A DNA stretch of 64,000 nt from Candidatus Poribacteria bacterium (GTDB taxonomy: Bacteria; Poribacteria; WGA-4E; UBA9662), in assembly GCA_046582655.1 (NCBI GenBank), contig JAYGDX010000110.1, positions 18,390 through 82,389 on the forward strand, in the 5' to 3' direction. This document shows, in pieces, positions 30,586-41,467 of this stretch. The first letter of the stretch is position 1. Each line of letters begins with the position of its first letter. Both the position numbers and the translations under genes were made by a program. A model generated the notes under the pieces. That model was not told the origin of the DNA. It made no database searches and saw nothing but the letters and a program-made list of their open reading frames with translations.

Positions 30586-32623
30586 GTGATTCGATTTTCC
30601 AATTATGTATGCTTATTCTTGGCGCTAATTTACTGCCCATGTGTTCTCTCCAAAGACAGACCACTGGATATTATCCAAGAGGAACGTGCGGCAGCATCTG
30701 TTCTTATTCCCCTTAAAACTGATAAATGGACCAAACAAGCCACCGCGTGGTTAATTGAATACATCAAAAAATCTAGCGGTGTAGAATTACCATTATTCAA
30801 AGACGACGATATCCCTTCAGGTAATGTGATTTCCGTAGGACACACGAATCTAGTTAGCCGCGAAAAGATTTCGTTGGATGAGTTTCGATGGGATGATTGC
30901 CGATTGGTAGTTCGAGGTAACATTTTATTTCTCGTTGGACGTGATGATCATGGAACTAAAACACATGATTGGGTTGGTGCACGCGGTACTTGCCAAGCCG
31001 TGGTAAAATTCTTGGAACAATCGATCAATGCACGGTGGTTCTTACCCGGTCCACATGGGGATTTCTTTGATAAAAAAATAAACATTCAAGTTGCCAACGA
31101 TTTGGATATCATTTCGAAAACCGCATTTGCCTATTCTGATGGCCGAAGTGTTTACGACGAAAACACACTAGATGAGCCAGGAAAATCACTCTCTGCGCTT
31201 GCCAATAACTATCGCAAGTCCGTTAAGGCAGCCCCCGGCGGTCATTCTTATTATCACGCTGTCAACACAAAAAAGTATTTCAATGACCACCCCGAGTACT
31301 TTGCATTGATCGATGGAAAACGAACGGGAGAAGGCAATCATCTTTGCTCATCCCTCTCGAACGTAAAAGAGTTGCTCATTGACTACATGCAGATGCGTTT
31401 TGATCAAGGATTGGACTGGGTATCGCTGGGACAGGAAGATGGATACCTAAGATGCCAATGTGACGAATGTGAATCAAAAGACAATTACCGTTTTAGGGAC
31501 TGGCACCGTGAACACAGGGGTCGATGGGAATTCTACCAAAATACTGTGCTACCTAAAACGCCGCCTGAACGACTGTTATTACTCCACAAACAGGTAATCG
31601 ACAGTACTCTGAAGGTGAATCCAGACCAAACGGTCATGCTGATGTGTTATGCTCCCACCGCATGGCCATCACATGAAGTGAAACACTTTGGTAGAAAACG
31701 TGGTGGCTGAATTAATGAATCTGCAAGAGAATTATATCAACGCTTGGAAAGGAAAAGTTGGAGGAATGACTGGATTCACTTACTGGTTTAATACACAGTG
31801 TCCAATGGGTGTTAATCTTCACATGACTCCCCACGAAGCTACTGATCGTATTCGGTATCTAAATCGACAGGGATTCGTGGCACTAAGTGTTGATCCGGAT
31901 GGCACTTGGGGATTAGAGGGTCCCGTATATTATATGATGGGGCAGTTATTCGGTGATCCTGCCGCAGATCCCGACGAACTGATCGAGGAATACTGTAATG
32001 GCGTTTACGGTAGAGCCTCAACGGCGATGAAGCGATTCTTTGCCCTACTTCACGAACGCTTGACTGCTATTCTACCGATTGCCCCCGAAGACATCTTGGC
32101 TGATGCACGCAACACAAAAGTGCCGAGAAACATAGATACGGCCACAATGTACTTGCGCATGTATCCACCGGATGTATTAACCCAACTCGAGTCTTTAATC
32201 AAAGAAGCAGAATCCATAGCTCATACTGAACAAAACCGCGGTTGGATTCGATTATCCCAGGACTATTTTGATTTCCTTAACTTGCTTACCCGAATGATGA
32301 GAATACATAGAAAATGGCAGAACAATCCATCGGAGTAAAACAAAGAAGAACTTAAACGACGTGTGAACCTGTTTGAAGACTATCGCGAGAAAATAATCTC
32401 ATATTCTAAGAAATACACCGATGCATGGTTTCCCGGTTATTCTGCCTTCGCTAAGTGGCTTGTTGGAAACCTTGATGATACGAGCATAGCCTTCTACATC
32501 CCGTGGGAAGCTAGAAAAGCTGTTGTTCTGGAGAAGGGAATCCGCGGTATGCCGATGGGATATGGTCAATCATACTACTACAGTTTTATCAAGGAACCAT
32601 TGACATTGAACCTTGGTAATTGA
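30586..32623 (+). pseudogene. Secreted DUF4838-like (glycoside-hydrolase-like) protein broken into three ORFs
   Basis: Signal peptide; YIKKSSGVELP, GHSY, HPEYFALIDGKR..LCSS, CQCDEC. Single-base frameshift near 31693, and in-frame TAA at 32336 (31688.. and 32363.. share a frame). Confidence 0.85.
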
Positions 32624-32689
32624 ATAAATATTAATAGATCTAGACGGCACAGTACTCAAGTACATTATGTATCCTACTTCATAGGAAGA

Positions 32690-33129
32690 CATGGAGAAAT
32701 TTTGTTGGAGCAATTCGTCAAAGCTAAGATGATTGAACACGCACCAAGTCCTCTGTATACGAACTGAGGAAACATGGTAGCAACGGTTGTCAGTTTTCCA
32801 AAGAGGATGAAAGAATTGCAACCAACATCATCCATCGTCAACCGGACCTTATCTTCATTGATAGTATTAACCAAGTTGACATCAACAACATTCATCAGGT
32901 GATTGATCAAACGTGACCTCCCACTACTCGGGCAGTGGTGTGTCAATCGCTGAAGTCACTGGCCAAATCTGAAGATTATGCTTATCTTGACATGACGACG
33001 CTATGGATGAAGTATATTCGCTTTTCTGGAGTTCATCTGTACCACTTCTCCTAAGATAAGGTTCATGCCAACGAATATGGAGACCAGATCTTGTCCAGAA
33101 TTTTGATGGCTTCCTAGATGGTGGTCTAA
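32690..33129 (+). pseudogene. Degraded SGNH/GDSL hydrolase
   Basis: Fragments QPDLIFIDSINQ..IHQVIDQ and YLDMTTLW..YI...*DKVHANEYGDQILSRIL (DxxH block) with several stops and shifts. Confidence 0.6.
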
Positions 33130-33282
33130 TATGAAACTAATTAAAAGAGAAAGATTGAAGGGAAATTTTGAAAAGAAGCAAATAGGCAGATGAATGATCT
33201 GAAATAATTATGGCTTTAACTCAAATACAGCTTAATAATAAAACAGAAACGACTATTGTATTTATAGAAAGGAAATACTTAA

Positions 33283-35712
33283 GTGCCAAATGAAATTTTT
33301 GTTCAGGCTGATGGGGATGACTCCGCACTAGGTACAATTGACCAACCAGTCAGAACCCTCCAACGCGCTGTCCAAATGACGGATAGTCAGCCTGCGACAA
33401 TTACGTTGAGGGGTGGAGTCTATCCAATTTCCTCACCAATTGCCATTCAGCGTGGCGATTTGACCATACGAGGATTTGAATACGAAACGATTGTTCTCAG
33501 CGGCGGCGATCACTTTAGGGCTAAATGGCAGCTGTTCCGAAACGACATCTACCAGACACAAGTTACAGGGCAATTCGCGATTGACCAACTGTTCGTCAAT
33601 GGACAAAGGCAACGTGTTGCTCGCTATCCTAACTTCGATCCATCGGCCAAATTTTTTGGTGGTACATCTGCTGATGCTATCCAGCCTAATCGTGTTCAGA
33701 GGTGGGAGAATCCAGTTGGTGGTTATGTTCATGCATTACACCAATCCATGTGGGGTAGCAAACATTATCAGATTATTGGAAAGACCGATGACCATCAACT
33801 GATACTAAAAGGGGGATGGCAAGAAAATCGCGGAGGTAATCCTGACAACCCAGATTTTATTGGCGGATATCACGAGGAATTTCTATATGTCGAAAACATT
33901 TTTGAGGAACTGGATGTACCGAGGGAGTGGTACCTTGACGAGCAAAACCGAACACTATATCTGATACCAGAAGAGAATGTAGATCTAGATCAAGCAGACA
34001 TAGTTGCAGCTTCGTGTAGACAGTTGATTCGGGTCAAATCGGATCAACCGCTGAAAAATATCATCTTTCGAAATCTAATCTTCAAATATACCGGACATCT
34101 TTTTATGGAACTGTATGAGCGATTGTTACGTGGAGATTGGTCAATTGCGCGTCAAGCAGCTCTATACCTTGAAAATACGGTGGACTGCCAAATTATCGAT
34201 TGCACCTTTAGCGATCTGGGTGGAAATGGAGTCTTTATTAGCAATCAAAACCGAGACCTCACTGTCAGTCAATGTCTATTTCAAGATCTCGGAGAGAGTG
34301 CGATTTGCGTGGTTGGCAGCGACAAGGCTGTCAGGTCAGGTGCCATCCGTTACGATAATGATATCCCGTTAGACCAGATCGACAGGACACCAGGCCCAAA
34401 GTCGCCAGACTACCCAACAGGCTGTCTCATTGAAAACAATTTAATCCGTCGTATTGGACAAATTGGGAAACAGACGGCAGGTGTCTTCATTTCCAAAGCA
34501 GAGGCGATTACAGTACGACACAATAGTATGTACGATATGCCTCGAGCCGCTATATGTATCAACGATGGCACTTGGGGCGGACATATAATTGAGTTTAATG
34601 ATCTGTTCCAAACAGTTCAGGAGAGTGGAGACCATGGGCCTTTTAACTCTTGGGGACGTGATCGGCATTGGCAAACCTCACACGCCGGAGGCTTTGAGAA
34701 GGGTGATCAATCACAATCTCGTCGAGATTGTCGGTTAGATACTGAACAACCTGTTATCATTCGAAATAATCGCTTCGTCCATACTGATGGCTTCTCTTGG
34801 GGTATTGATCTGGATGATGGCACTTCCAATTACTATGTCTATAATAATCTGTGTCTAGGCTGTAGTTACAAACTACGAGAAGGATTCTTACGTCGAATTG
34901 AAAACAACATTTGCGTGGGACCGAATCCACCAGGCAAGCATTGTTGTTACCAAAAAAATCAAGACCTGATCCAGCGCAATATTATTGTTAATACCCAAGA
35001 TAGTGTTGTTTGGCACGGAATTCATCACCAACCTGATCAATTGCACACCATTGACTACCAGCTGTTCTGGACGACTACGGGGGCCAAGCCAACCTTCATC
35101 AACAGTGGACAGCGATTAGACGGATACAATGAAGAGATAACTCTAACAGCCTGGCAAAAAAAAGGTCACGATCAACACTCTTTGTTCGCCAACCCGATGT
35201 TTATCGACCCAGCCAGTGGTGATTATAGGGTTAGCCCTGGATCACCTGCCTTCAAATTAGGATTCAAGAATTTTCCAATGGACCAATTTGGCACCCAGAA
35301 AACCAAGTTTCAGAAGATGATCGCCATTGACCAACCTAGCATCTATATTGCTGACAGCTTAATGGATTCAAACAGTAGCAAAAAAAATCGGAAAGAGCAT
35401 ATATGGAAAGGAGCGACCATCCGTAACTTGGTTGACAAAAAGGAGATGTCGGCAGCGGCGATAGGGGAGGAAACTGGCGTAATATTCATCCGTGTGCCTG
35501 CGTCTTCAGAAGCAGAAACTATTGGATTCAAAAATGGGGACGTCATCTTAACACTTAACGGTGAAAAGTGTTGCACCATCGACGATTTTTTAGGAATCCT
35601 CTCAGCTTTGACAGAGGCTGCCGACCACAAACAACAAATTGTATGTCGCGTTACTGGCAACCCTCCCGATCGAGATGTCATTTTCCACAATTTGATTAGC
35701 GCGCAGGTCTAG
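33283..35712 (+). CDS. Right-handed parallel beta-helix glycosidase-like protein (GH141-like) with a C-terminal PDZ domain
   Basis: GDDS..GT..QP..TL, QLFVNG...ARYPN, ENIFEELD.P.EWY, ESGDHGPFNSWGRDR, IDLDDG, PDZ GFKNGDVILTLNG. Confidence 0.88.
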   Translation: MPNEIFVQADGDDSALGTIDQPVRTLQRAVQMTDSQPATITLRGGVYPISSPIAIQRGDLTIRGFEYETIVLSGGDHFRAKWQLFRNDIYQTQVTGQFAIDQLFVNGQRQRVARYPNFDPSAKFFGGTSADAIQPNRVQRWENPVGGYVHALHQSMWGSKHYQIIGKTDDHQLILKGGWQENRGGNPDNPDFIGGYHEEFLYVENIFEELDVPREWYLDEQNRTLYLIPEENVDLDQADIVAASCRQLIRVKSDQPLKNIIFRNLIFKYTGHLFMELYERLLRGDWSIARQAALYLENTVDCQIIDCTFSDLGGNGVFISNQNRDLTVSQCLFQDLGESAICVVGSDKAVRSGAIRYDNDIPLDQIDRTPGPKSPDYPTGCLIENNLIRRIGQIGKQTAGVFISKAEAITVRHNSMYDMPRAAICINDGTWGGHIIEFNDLFQTVQESGDHGPFNSWGRDRHWQTSHAGGFEKGDQSQSRRDCRLDTEQPVIIRNNRFVHTDGFSWGIDLDDGTSNYYVYNNLCLGCSYKLREGFLRRIENNICVGPNPPGKHCCYQKNQDLIQRNIIVNTQDSVVWHGIHHQPDQLHTIDYQLFWTTTGAKPTFINSGQRLDGYNEEITLTAWQKKGHDQHSLFANPMFIDPASGDYRVSPGSPAFKLGFKNFPMDQFGTQKTKFQKMIAIDQPSIYIADSLMDSNSSKKNRKEHIWKGATIRNLVDKKEMSAAAIGEETGVIFIRVPASSEAETIGFKNGDVILTLNGEKCCTIDDFLGILSALTEAADHKQQIVCRVTGNPPDRDVIFHNLISAQV

Positions 35713-35974
35713 GCATCCACAGCCTGGTCTAGCAGATCGACCCAATCCGTTCTATTTAAATGCTATTCTTGGTTTGTGGAAGCAGATGCTTTTAACAAAT
35801 TACATCCTCGGCCTTTACACCAAATCGCTTGGCACATGACCCAATCGCCATTTTTTGCCAATACTATTCAAATAAAAGTGGTCATCAAGGATTTCAAGTG
35901 CCATCAATTTTAACTGAAATATCGTTCGTGATTTTCATGCTAGCTGAGGACAATGAGGTAAAGATGGTGGAAAT

Positions 35975-36064
35975 CCGATCCCTCCGTGTGTGGGGTATCG
36001 GTTGCAAGCGGATGAAAATCCTTTCGAAAACAATCGGGGAGTGAACTCTGATTTTTATCCGCTT
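35975..36064. repeat. Pair of intergenic inverted repeats between convergent genes (REP-like or terminator)
   Basis: CCGATCCC..GGGTATCGG hairpin and a 15-bp stem AAGCGGATGAAAATC / GATTTTTATCCGCTT. Confidence 0.5.
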
Positions 36065-36113
36065 TCTCAGATCAGGTTACGTTAATGGACTAAGATAAAG
36101 GTACAGGAAAACC

Positions 36114-38570
36114 TTATCTTAAGATTGCCAACCGACCATAGGCCTGCAATTGATCTCCATCATCTTTAACCAAGATTTTGTAGAAATAGACACCGTTGGC
36201 TAATCGACTTCCATTCCAATCTCTACCGTCCCATTCTTGTTCATTATAGCCTTTTCGACTAGAACAGTCTTGCACTCGGCAAATCAGGCGGCCAGATTTC
36301 GTGTAGATTGAGATTGAAACATCATCGACAGTACGGCTGAGTTGGTAGGTGAAGGTCGTTTTATCTTTCAACGGGTTAGGGAAATTGAGAGGGCCCGATA
36401 TCTTTAGTTCGGCTTGATTAAGAGCATAAGCGTCAATCTGGTGCATGATGGTTTCCGGCGCGAAATTATCAATTAGAGCTACCTCAGCAGTTAATTTTTC
36501 TACCAAGCTGGTCTCAATAGTCAGACGCGAGTAACCGAAAACGGGAACAAATTGGCCGATGGATCGAATCAATGGTACCATTGATCGGGTATATTCGATG
36601 GCACTGTTAAGCTTGTCTTGAACTTGGTGAACTTTGCCTCCTTTGTAGCCCAGTTGAACCGCTTCTGCTAAACTCAATCGGCTTTCAAAGAAAGCGGTCC
36701 ACATCTGCAACAAACGCTGCGTATCCTTCAGATTATATGTTGTTTCGACATTAACCGGGTTTATTTTTGCCAGTGCCATGTTAGCCAGGTTACTAGCTTC
36801 CTGCATCTGCGGTAAAAGACCTGCTAAACGATTAACGGCATAATCTGCTTGCTGCTCATCCGGAATGGAGAAAATATCGGTGACAGCTGACTGACCAATA
36901 ATGTCCCAAAACCGAGTAGCAAAACCGGCGGAACCTTTACCATATTGACCGGTGACAGTCAGTGTTCCCGCATAATCAGTAAAGTAGTTGGATAATGCCC
37001 AACCACTAATCCTCAGTGATTTCAAGATCAGTCCAGCCGATTCAACTTGGTAGCGGTTAGTTAAGAAATCTCGCATCAGTTGCAGATGATCCAACTTAGG
37101 ATTCCAGTTGATTCGGGCGCTGAGCAAGCGATCTAGCTGACCCAATCCTACCTCTGCTCCCTGTACAGTAAAACCAGCTAAGCCAGGTTGCGGATGCGTG
37201 GTGGGAAACCGTCGAACACCATTAACAAACAAGTCGCCTTCCACCATCCATAATGGCATTACCTCTTCTACTTCGTGTGATAAAATAATTAGTCGGTGTT
37301 TCAAACCTCCCAACCGGCTCAACAACTTAGGTGAAAGGTTAGGCTGGTCGGAGGGTTCACCATCATATCCCCATTTCTGCGAGAAGATCGTACCTTGAGG
37401 CAGGCGTGCAGCGTAACTGCCATCAGGATCTTTCAACCAAAACCTGTCATACCCTGAGATATAAAACTTAAAATCGGGACGAACTTTTCGACTAGCTTGG
37501 ATGACGGTAAACATCAGCTTCCATAGCATTTTTTGCCCCGCCTCGCTTTGCCCTCCGCATTGGGGACAATCCTGGCAGGATCGCGTTTCATACCCCCAAC
37601 AGCGGAGATGAAACCCAGACAAAGTAGGGTAGGTTACAACAATTTCCTGTACTAGCTCTGCCACCAATTGATGTAATTCTGGCTTAGACCAACAGAGTGG
37701 CTTGTAACTAACCCCGTTTCTTGATCCACCGTAGGGGACGGGTTGGCCTAGTAATTGGGGGCGATTCCGAATCAGCGCTTCTGTTGGCTCGCCGGTGACA
37801 TACATAAACAGGTAGGAATCGATGCCTCTTCGGCGCAATAAATCAAACCGATTCCGCAAGGTTTCGATCTGCTGTCGGCGTTCCTGACCTGTTAGATCTT
37901 GAAACAATTCGAACCGTGCTGCGTCAACATACTGAAAGGCAGTACCCAACCCATCGTCAATGCCAGTTCCATTCCAAATCCCTTCCCCACCGCTCATATT
38001 GATCCGGTGCCGTGCCAGCCAGTCTGGATCGTTGACTTCCAGCACAGCCCGAACGGGGTAAAAAGGCTGCGACCTTTGATCAATCGGAGAGAGAGCCAAA
38101 TTGGGGCGGGGAGAGAAGATAAAGTCCAAATCAGCTGTAGTGAGTCCAGTGTGCTCGGACACCATCAATTCCAATAGATGGTAACAACCATAGAGAACAC
38201 CATTGGCTGAATGGGCCCCAACCATAATTCTGTTTTCATCCTCAAAACTCTTGATCCTGTAACCTTCGTTACCCAGGTTAATTGGCAGATCCAACCGTTT
38301 TCTAACTTCTGGGCTGGATTGGGGGATACCGATGGAAATTAGGGTAGGTGTCGAATGCAACTGGTTGGTAGTGATAATTGGCGGCTTGGTCTCGGTTAGC
38401 CGATTGATCCAGATCTGAAGTTCCTCGGCAGCATAGATCTCTACTACTGACGCTTGGACACCGATTTGGATGGTCGTTACCACGGACTGGCCATCAATGG
38501 ATATAGGGATCTTCGGCAGAGCCGTTCGATGAATCAGTAACAGACTGAAAACGAGTACGATCCGCATCAT
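36114..38570 (-). CDS. Secreted glycoside-hydrolase-like protein with a C-terminal FlgD-Ig/T9SS type-A-like domain
   Basis: Signal peptide; GH20-domain-2-like YAAEELQ...EGYRI...GVLYGCY; C-terminus NFPNP...IYTKSGRL...WDGRD.NG..LANGVYFY. Confidence 0.82.
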   Translation of the reverse strand: MMRIVLVFSLLLIHRTALPKIPISIDGQSVVTTIQIGVQASVVEIYAAEELQIWINRLTETKPPIITTNQLHSTPTLISIGIPQSSPEVRKRLDLPINLGNEGYRIKSFEDENRIMVGAHSANGVLYGCYHLLELMVSEHTGLTTADLDFIFSPRPNLALSPIDQRSQPFYPVRAVLEVNDPDWLARHRINMSGGEGIWNGTGIDDGLGTAFQYVDAARFELFQDLTGQERRQQIETLRNRFDLLRRRGIDSYLFMYVTGEPTEALIRNRPQLLGQPVPYGGSRNGVSYKPLCWSKPELHQLVAELVQEIVVTYPTLSGFHLRCWGYETRSCQDCPQCGGQSEAGQKMLWKLMFTVIQASRKVRPDFKFYISGYDRFWLKDPDGSYAARLPQGTIFSQKWGYDGEPSDQPNLSPKLLSRLGGLKHRLIILSHEVEEVMPLWMVEGDLFVNGVRRFPTTHPQPGLAGFTVQGAEVGLGQLDRLLSARINWNPKLDHLQLMRDFLTNRYQVESAGLILKSLRISGWALSNYFTDYAGTLTVTGQYGKGSAGFATRFWDIIGQSAVTDIFSIPDEQQADYAVNRLAGLLPQMQEASNLANMALAKINPVNVETTYNLKDTQRLLQMWTAFFESRLSLAEAVQLGYKGGKVHQVQDKLNSAIEYTRSMVPLIRSIGQFVPVFGYSRLTIETSLVEKLTAEVALIDNFAPETIMHQIDAYALNQAELKISGPLNFPNPLKDKTTFTYQLSRTVDDVSISIYTKSGRLICRVQDCSSRKGYNEQEWDGRDWNGSRLANGVYFYKILVKDDGDQLQAYGRLAILR

Positions 38571-38630
38571 GAATCCGCATTGTACATTACAGGTATCTGG
38601 CAGTCAACGGCAATCCTGACTTCAAAGGTC

Positions 38631-38659
38631 TTGACCAAGTATTAATTTACCAGTATCAT
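38631..38659 (+). promoter_or_regulatory. Sigma70-type promoter, near-leaderless to ATG 38668
   Basis: TTGACC-N17-TATCAT, with the -10 ending 8 nt before the ATG. Confidence 0.5.
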
Positions 38660-38667
38660 CTGGAGCG

Positions 38668-39432
38668 ATGATAGAACCAAGTATTGTTATTGATCAGATT
38701 GATTATCCGTTGATGACGGTAGCAAAGGGGGCCTTCCTAATGGGAACCATTTCTGGCACTAACAATGCTAAATCGGAAGAGGAAGAGCCACAGCGAAAAG
38801 TAACGCTACCTTCTTATCTGATGGGGCAGTATCCGATCACCAACATCCAGTATCACCAATTTGTGGATGACACCAATTGCCAAACGCCAGCCTACGTGGA
38901 TGATTCGCGTTTTAATCAGCCACATTTCCCAGTCACCGGTATTAGTTGGTTGGAGACGGAAAATTTCCTGAATTGGCTGAACCAGTTAACCAAAGGAACC
39001 TACCGGTTACCAACCGAAGCAGAATGGGAAAAAGCTGCACGCGGTGATACTGGTCAACAGTATCCTTGGGCGGAGCTTGTTGACGATGCAATAATTTCTG
39101 AATGGGATCCGTCTAAAGGCAATTTTGGCAACACCAAACTAAAAAGATTGACTGCTGTTAATCAGTACCCATCCGGAATAAGTCCTTACGGTTGTTATAA
39201 CATGGCGGGAAACTGTTATGAGTGGTGTTGGGATTGGTTTCATCCCCAAACCTATAAATATGCTCCCTCCCACGCCCCGAGAGGTGCCCGAGATGGGAAT
39301 CGGAAGGTAATCCGCGGAGGATCATGGAATTCCAACGGGAAATTTAGCGGACGATGCGCCAATCGTGCTGCTCAACGACCACATTGTCGCCTTAACTATA
39401 TTAGTTTCCGAATTGCTAGCGATCCAGTTTAA
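38668..39432 (+). CDS. FGE-sulfatase (SUMF1/EgtB/PvdO) domain protein
   Basis: GAFLMG, YPITNIQY, RLPTEAEWEKAARG, SPYGCYNMAGN..EW, RGGSW. Confidence 0.92.
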   Translation: MIEPSIVIDQIDYPLMTVAKGAFLMGTISGTNNAKSEEEEPQRKVTLPSYLMGQYPITNIQYHQFVDDTNCQTPAYVDDSRFNQPHFPVTGISWLETENFLNWLNQLTKGTYRLPTEAEWEKAARGDTGQQYPWAELVDDAIISEWDPSKGNFGNTKLKRLTAVNQYPSGISPYGCYNMAGNCYEWCWDWFHPQTYKYAPSHAPRGARDGNRKVIRGGSWNSNGKFSGRCANRAAQRPHCRLNYISFRIASDPV

Positions 39433-41372
39433 GGCCAGGGGAAAAATGGGGCTGGCACCCCCCAGACCCAACTAACTGCTGTCCAGACAACAGCCATGCT
39501 GAACTCGCCAAATATCAAGCCGAGGAAGAATGGGCGCAACCACAGATAACGACCGATTCCGCCATACTTCAGAATCGGCGTTTTAATCAACCACGCCACC
39601 AGAATAGGAAACCAGAAGACGATCAGCGACCAAGAAGCGGATAAAGCATAACCAAGCGGGTAAAACGGCCACCACCAATAAAGGGACCTCATCACAATCA
39701 ATCCGGTAGTGACGCTGATGCCAACGGTAAAGAAAATTAGTGCCGTTAGGCTGGAGGTCGTCTGTAGTCCTTCTAGAGCTGAAGCATTATCTTGGAAAGC
39801 CCAGATGGGATTGGCACTGTAGACATAGGAATACATATAATTCCCCCCTTGTCTATAAGGTAACCAAAGATGGATTAACGCAGCGCAAATGAAGGCTAAA
39901 ACAATTGAAAGCGAAATAACAACCAGTAGGAGCCGCCGATTGAGTTTAACACTCTGGCTAATCTTCAGACTATCCAGAAAAATAGTTAAGATCAATCCAC
40001 GTTGATCACGGGTAAAAATAGCATCGAAAAAGGAAAGTGTCGTTAAACTGGACGGACCTAGCGTTTTTTTTGCTGCGAAAATCTGATAGATATCGATTGG
40101 TCGAAAAGAGGTTTCTGTCATCAGCATCCCAGCCTCAGCAGTACTTCTGGCCATCACGACTGCTACAACTCCAATGTAGACTACTACCTGGAGCAGTGCA
40201 AAGGCGGGATGTATCCCGGCATAGGTCATCCACAGAATTACACCCAGCAAGCTGAGGATCAGTCCCCACACCGCGATCGAATAGGGTAGCAGTTCGTCCT
40301 CACCTTTCGCTTCACTACTCGCATTTCGATGCAACCTTAGGGCAACACGAAACACCTGTTTCAAGTGAGGGAAACCGGTATAGACAAAATAGATCACTAG
40401 TACTATATAGGCCCCAACTATCTGATAGCCGATATGCAACCGAGTCGGATATAAAGGCATGTTGCTGAGCCGCAATCCGAAGAGGACGGCAATCACATCC
40501 TGTATCCGTGTTAGCAGAAAAAAGAACCATAGACTAAACAACAATTGCGTTGGTAACAGATAAAAAAAACCAATTCCAGCTAAGGACAGAAAAATCGGAG
40601 TATAAAAAATGCCGTTAAGCGGCCGTTCTCTCAGATAATCGTTGAGAATATATCTGAGTTGTAGATTGGGCACTTGTGGAAAAATGACGTGAAATCCATT
40701 GAGACTGAAGATCAGAGTTGGCAGAGCAAAACCTAACCACATTAGGCGGTTGCTGAGAAAACGGCGTTTCTGGTTGGCAAATTCCAATGGCAACTGTACC
40801 AACGGAAAGGATAATTTTTCGTTTTCGACCCACTGTTTTCTGATAATGGCTGCTAGACAAAGGAAAGCGAAAAAAATTAGAAAGACCACAATACTCCAAG
40901 CCAACAATGGAGACATCCACTCCCGCCACGGGATTGCATCGACTGTTCCTTCGTAGAAATCAATTACCGTTTTCTGCTCCGATTTCCGGTTGGGGTCAAA
41001 GGGAACTAGCCAATCCTTGACAAAAGGGAAAAAGAGATCCGCCCAGTTGTTGGACTGGTTGGCAAAATAGTTGACCGCCACTAGAGCAGGGATAAACTTT
41101 TCCATCAGCCCACGAGAAGAAATTGAAGAAGCAATCAGCATCATACAGTAAATCAGCATCAACTCACGTGAAGAAAGCTTCAATCGCCGACTCAAACGTG
41201 GTATTAAGCGGTTGATGATCACAATAAAAAAGAAGAGGCCGATTACAACTGGCGGGAACTGCAAAAACCCAATCTGAATATAGGAAATAACTAGTTCAGC
41301 ATAGGAAACGATAAAACAAACCAGCACCAACAGACAGATACCGAGCAATAATGCTGGCAGAGAAATGCCCAA
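39429..41372 (-). CDS. DUF6785/DUF6784-type large polytopic membrane protein
   Basis: About 16-17 TM; RKQWVENEKLSFP, WWWPFYPLGY, PFFLGLIFGE; TTG start with an AAAGGG RBS-like site upstream. Confidence 0.85.
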   Translation of the reverse strand: MGISLPALLLGICLLVLVCFIVSYAELVISYIQIGFLQFPPVVIGLFFFIVIINRLIPRLSRRLKLSSRELMLIYCMMLIASSISSRGLMEKFIPALVAVNYFANQSNNWADLFFPFVKDWLVPFDPNRKSEQKTVIDFYEGTVDAIPWREWMSPLLAWSIVVFLIFFAFLCLAAIIRKQWVENEKLSFPLVQLPLEFANQKRRFLSNRLMWLGFALPTLIFSLNGFHVIFPQVPNLQLRYILNDYLRERPLNGIFYTPIFLSLAGIGFFYLLPTQLLFSLWFFFLLTRIQDVIAVLFGLRLSNMPLYPTRLHIGYQIVGAYIVLVIYFVYTGFPHLKQVFRVALRLHRNASSEAKGEDELLPYSIAVWGLILSLLGVILWMTYAGIHPAFALLQVVVYIGVVAVVMARSTAEAGMLMTETSFRPIDIYQIFAAKKTLGPSSLTTLSFFDAIFTRDQRGLILTIFLDSLKISQSVKLNRRLLLVVISLSIVLAFICAALIHLWLPYRQGGNYMYSYVYSANPIWAFQDNASALEGLQTTSSLTALIFFTVGISVTTGLIVMRSLYWWWPFYPLGYALSASWSLIVFWFPILVAWLIKTPILKYGGIGRYLWLRPFFLGLIFGEFSMAVVWTAVSWVWGVPAPFFPWP

Positions 41373-41404
41373 ATTGAATCCCTTTCAATCCGAATTATAA
41401 CTTG

Positions 41405-41451
41405 AAAACAAAAAAGCACCGTTTACTGCGCAGCGGGACTCTTACGGTATT
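41405..41451 (-). terminator. Terminator-like hairpin just upstream of the DUF6785 gene
   Basis: Minus strand TACCGT...ACGGTG followed by CTTTTTTGTTTT. Confidence 0.4.
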
Positions 41452-41467
41452 AAGATTCTCTTTGTCA

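Noticed and set aside
20477..32338. In-frame TAG/TGA/TAA codons suggesting stop-codon reassignment or selenocysteine
   Set aside because: Many intact genes end in TAG (purM, 9045, 10000, 35712, 54453, 56523, 60243). All three stop types interrupt genes and co-occur with frameshifts. TGG>TAG is a simple transition.
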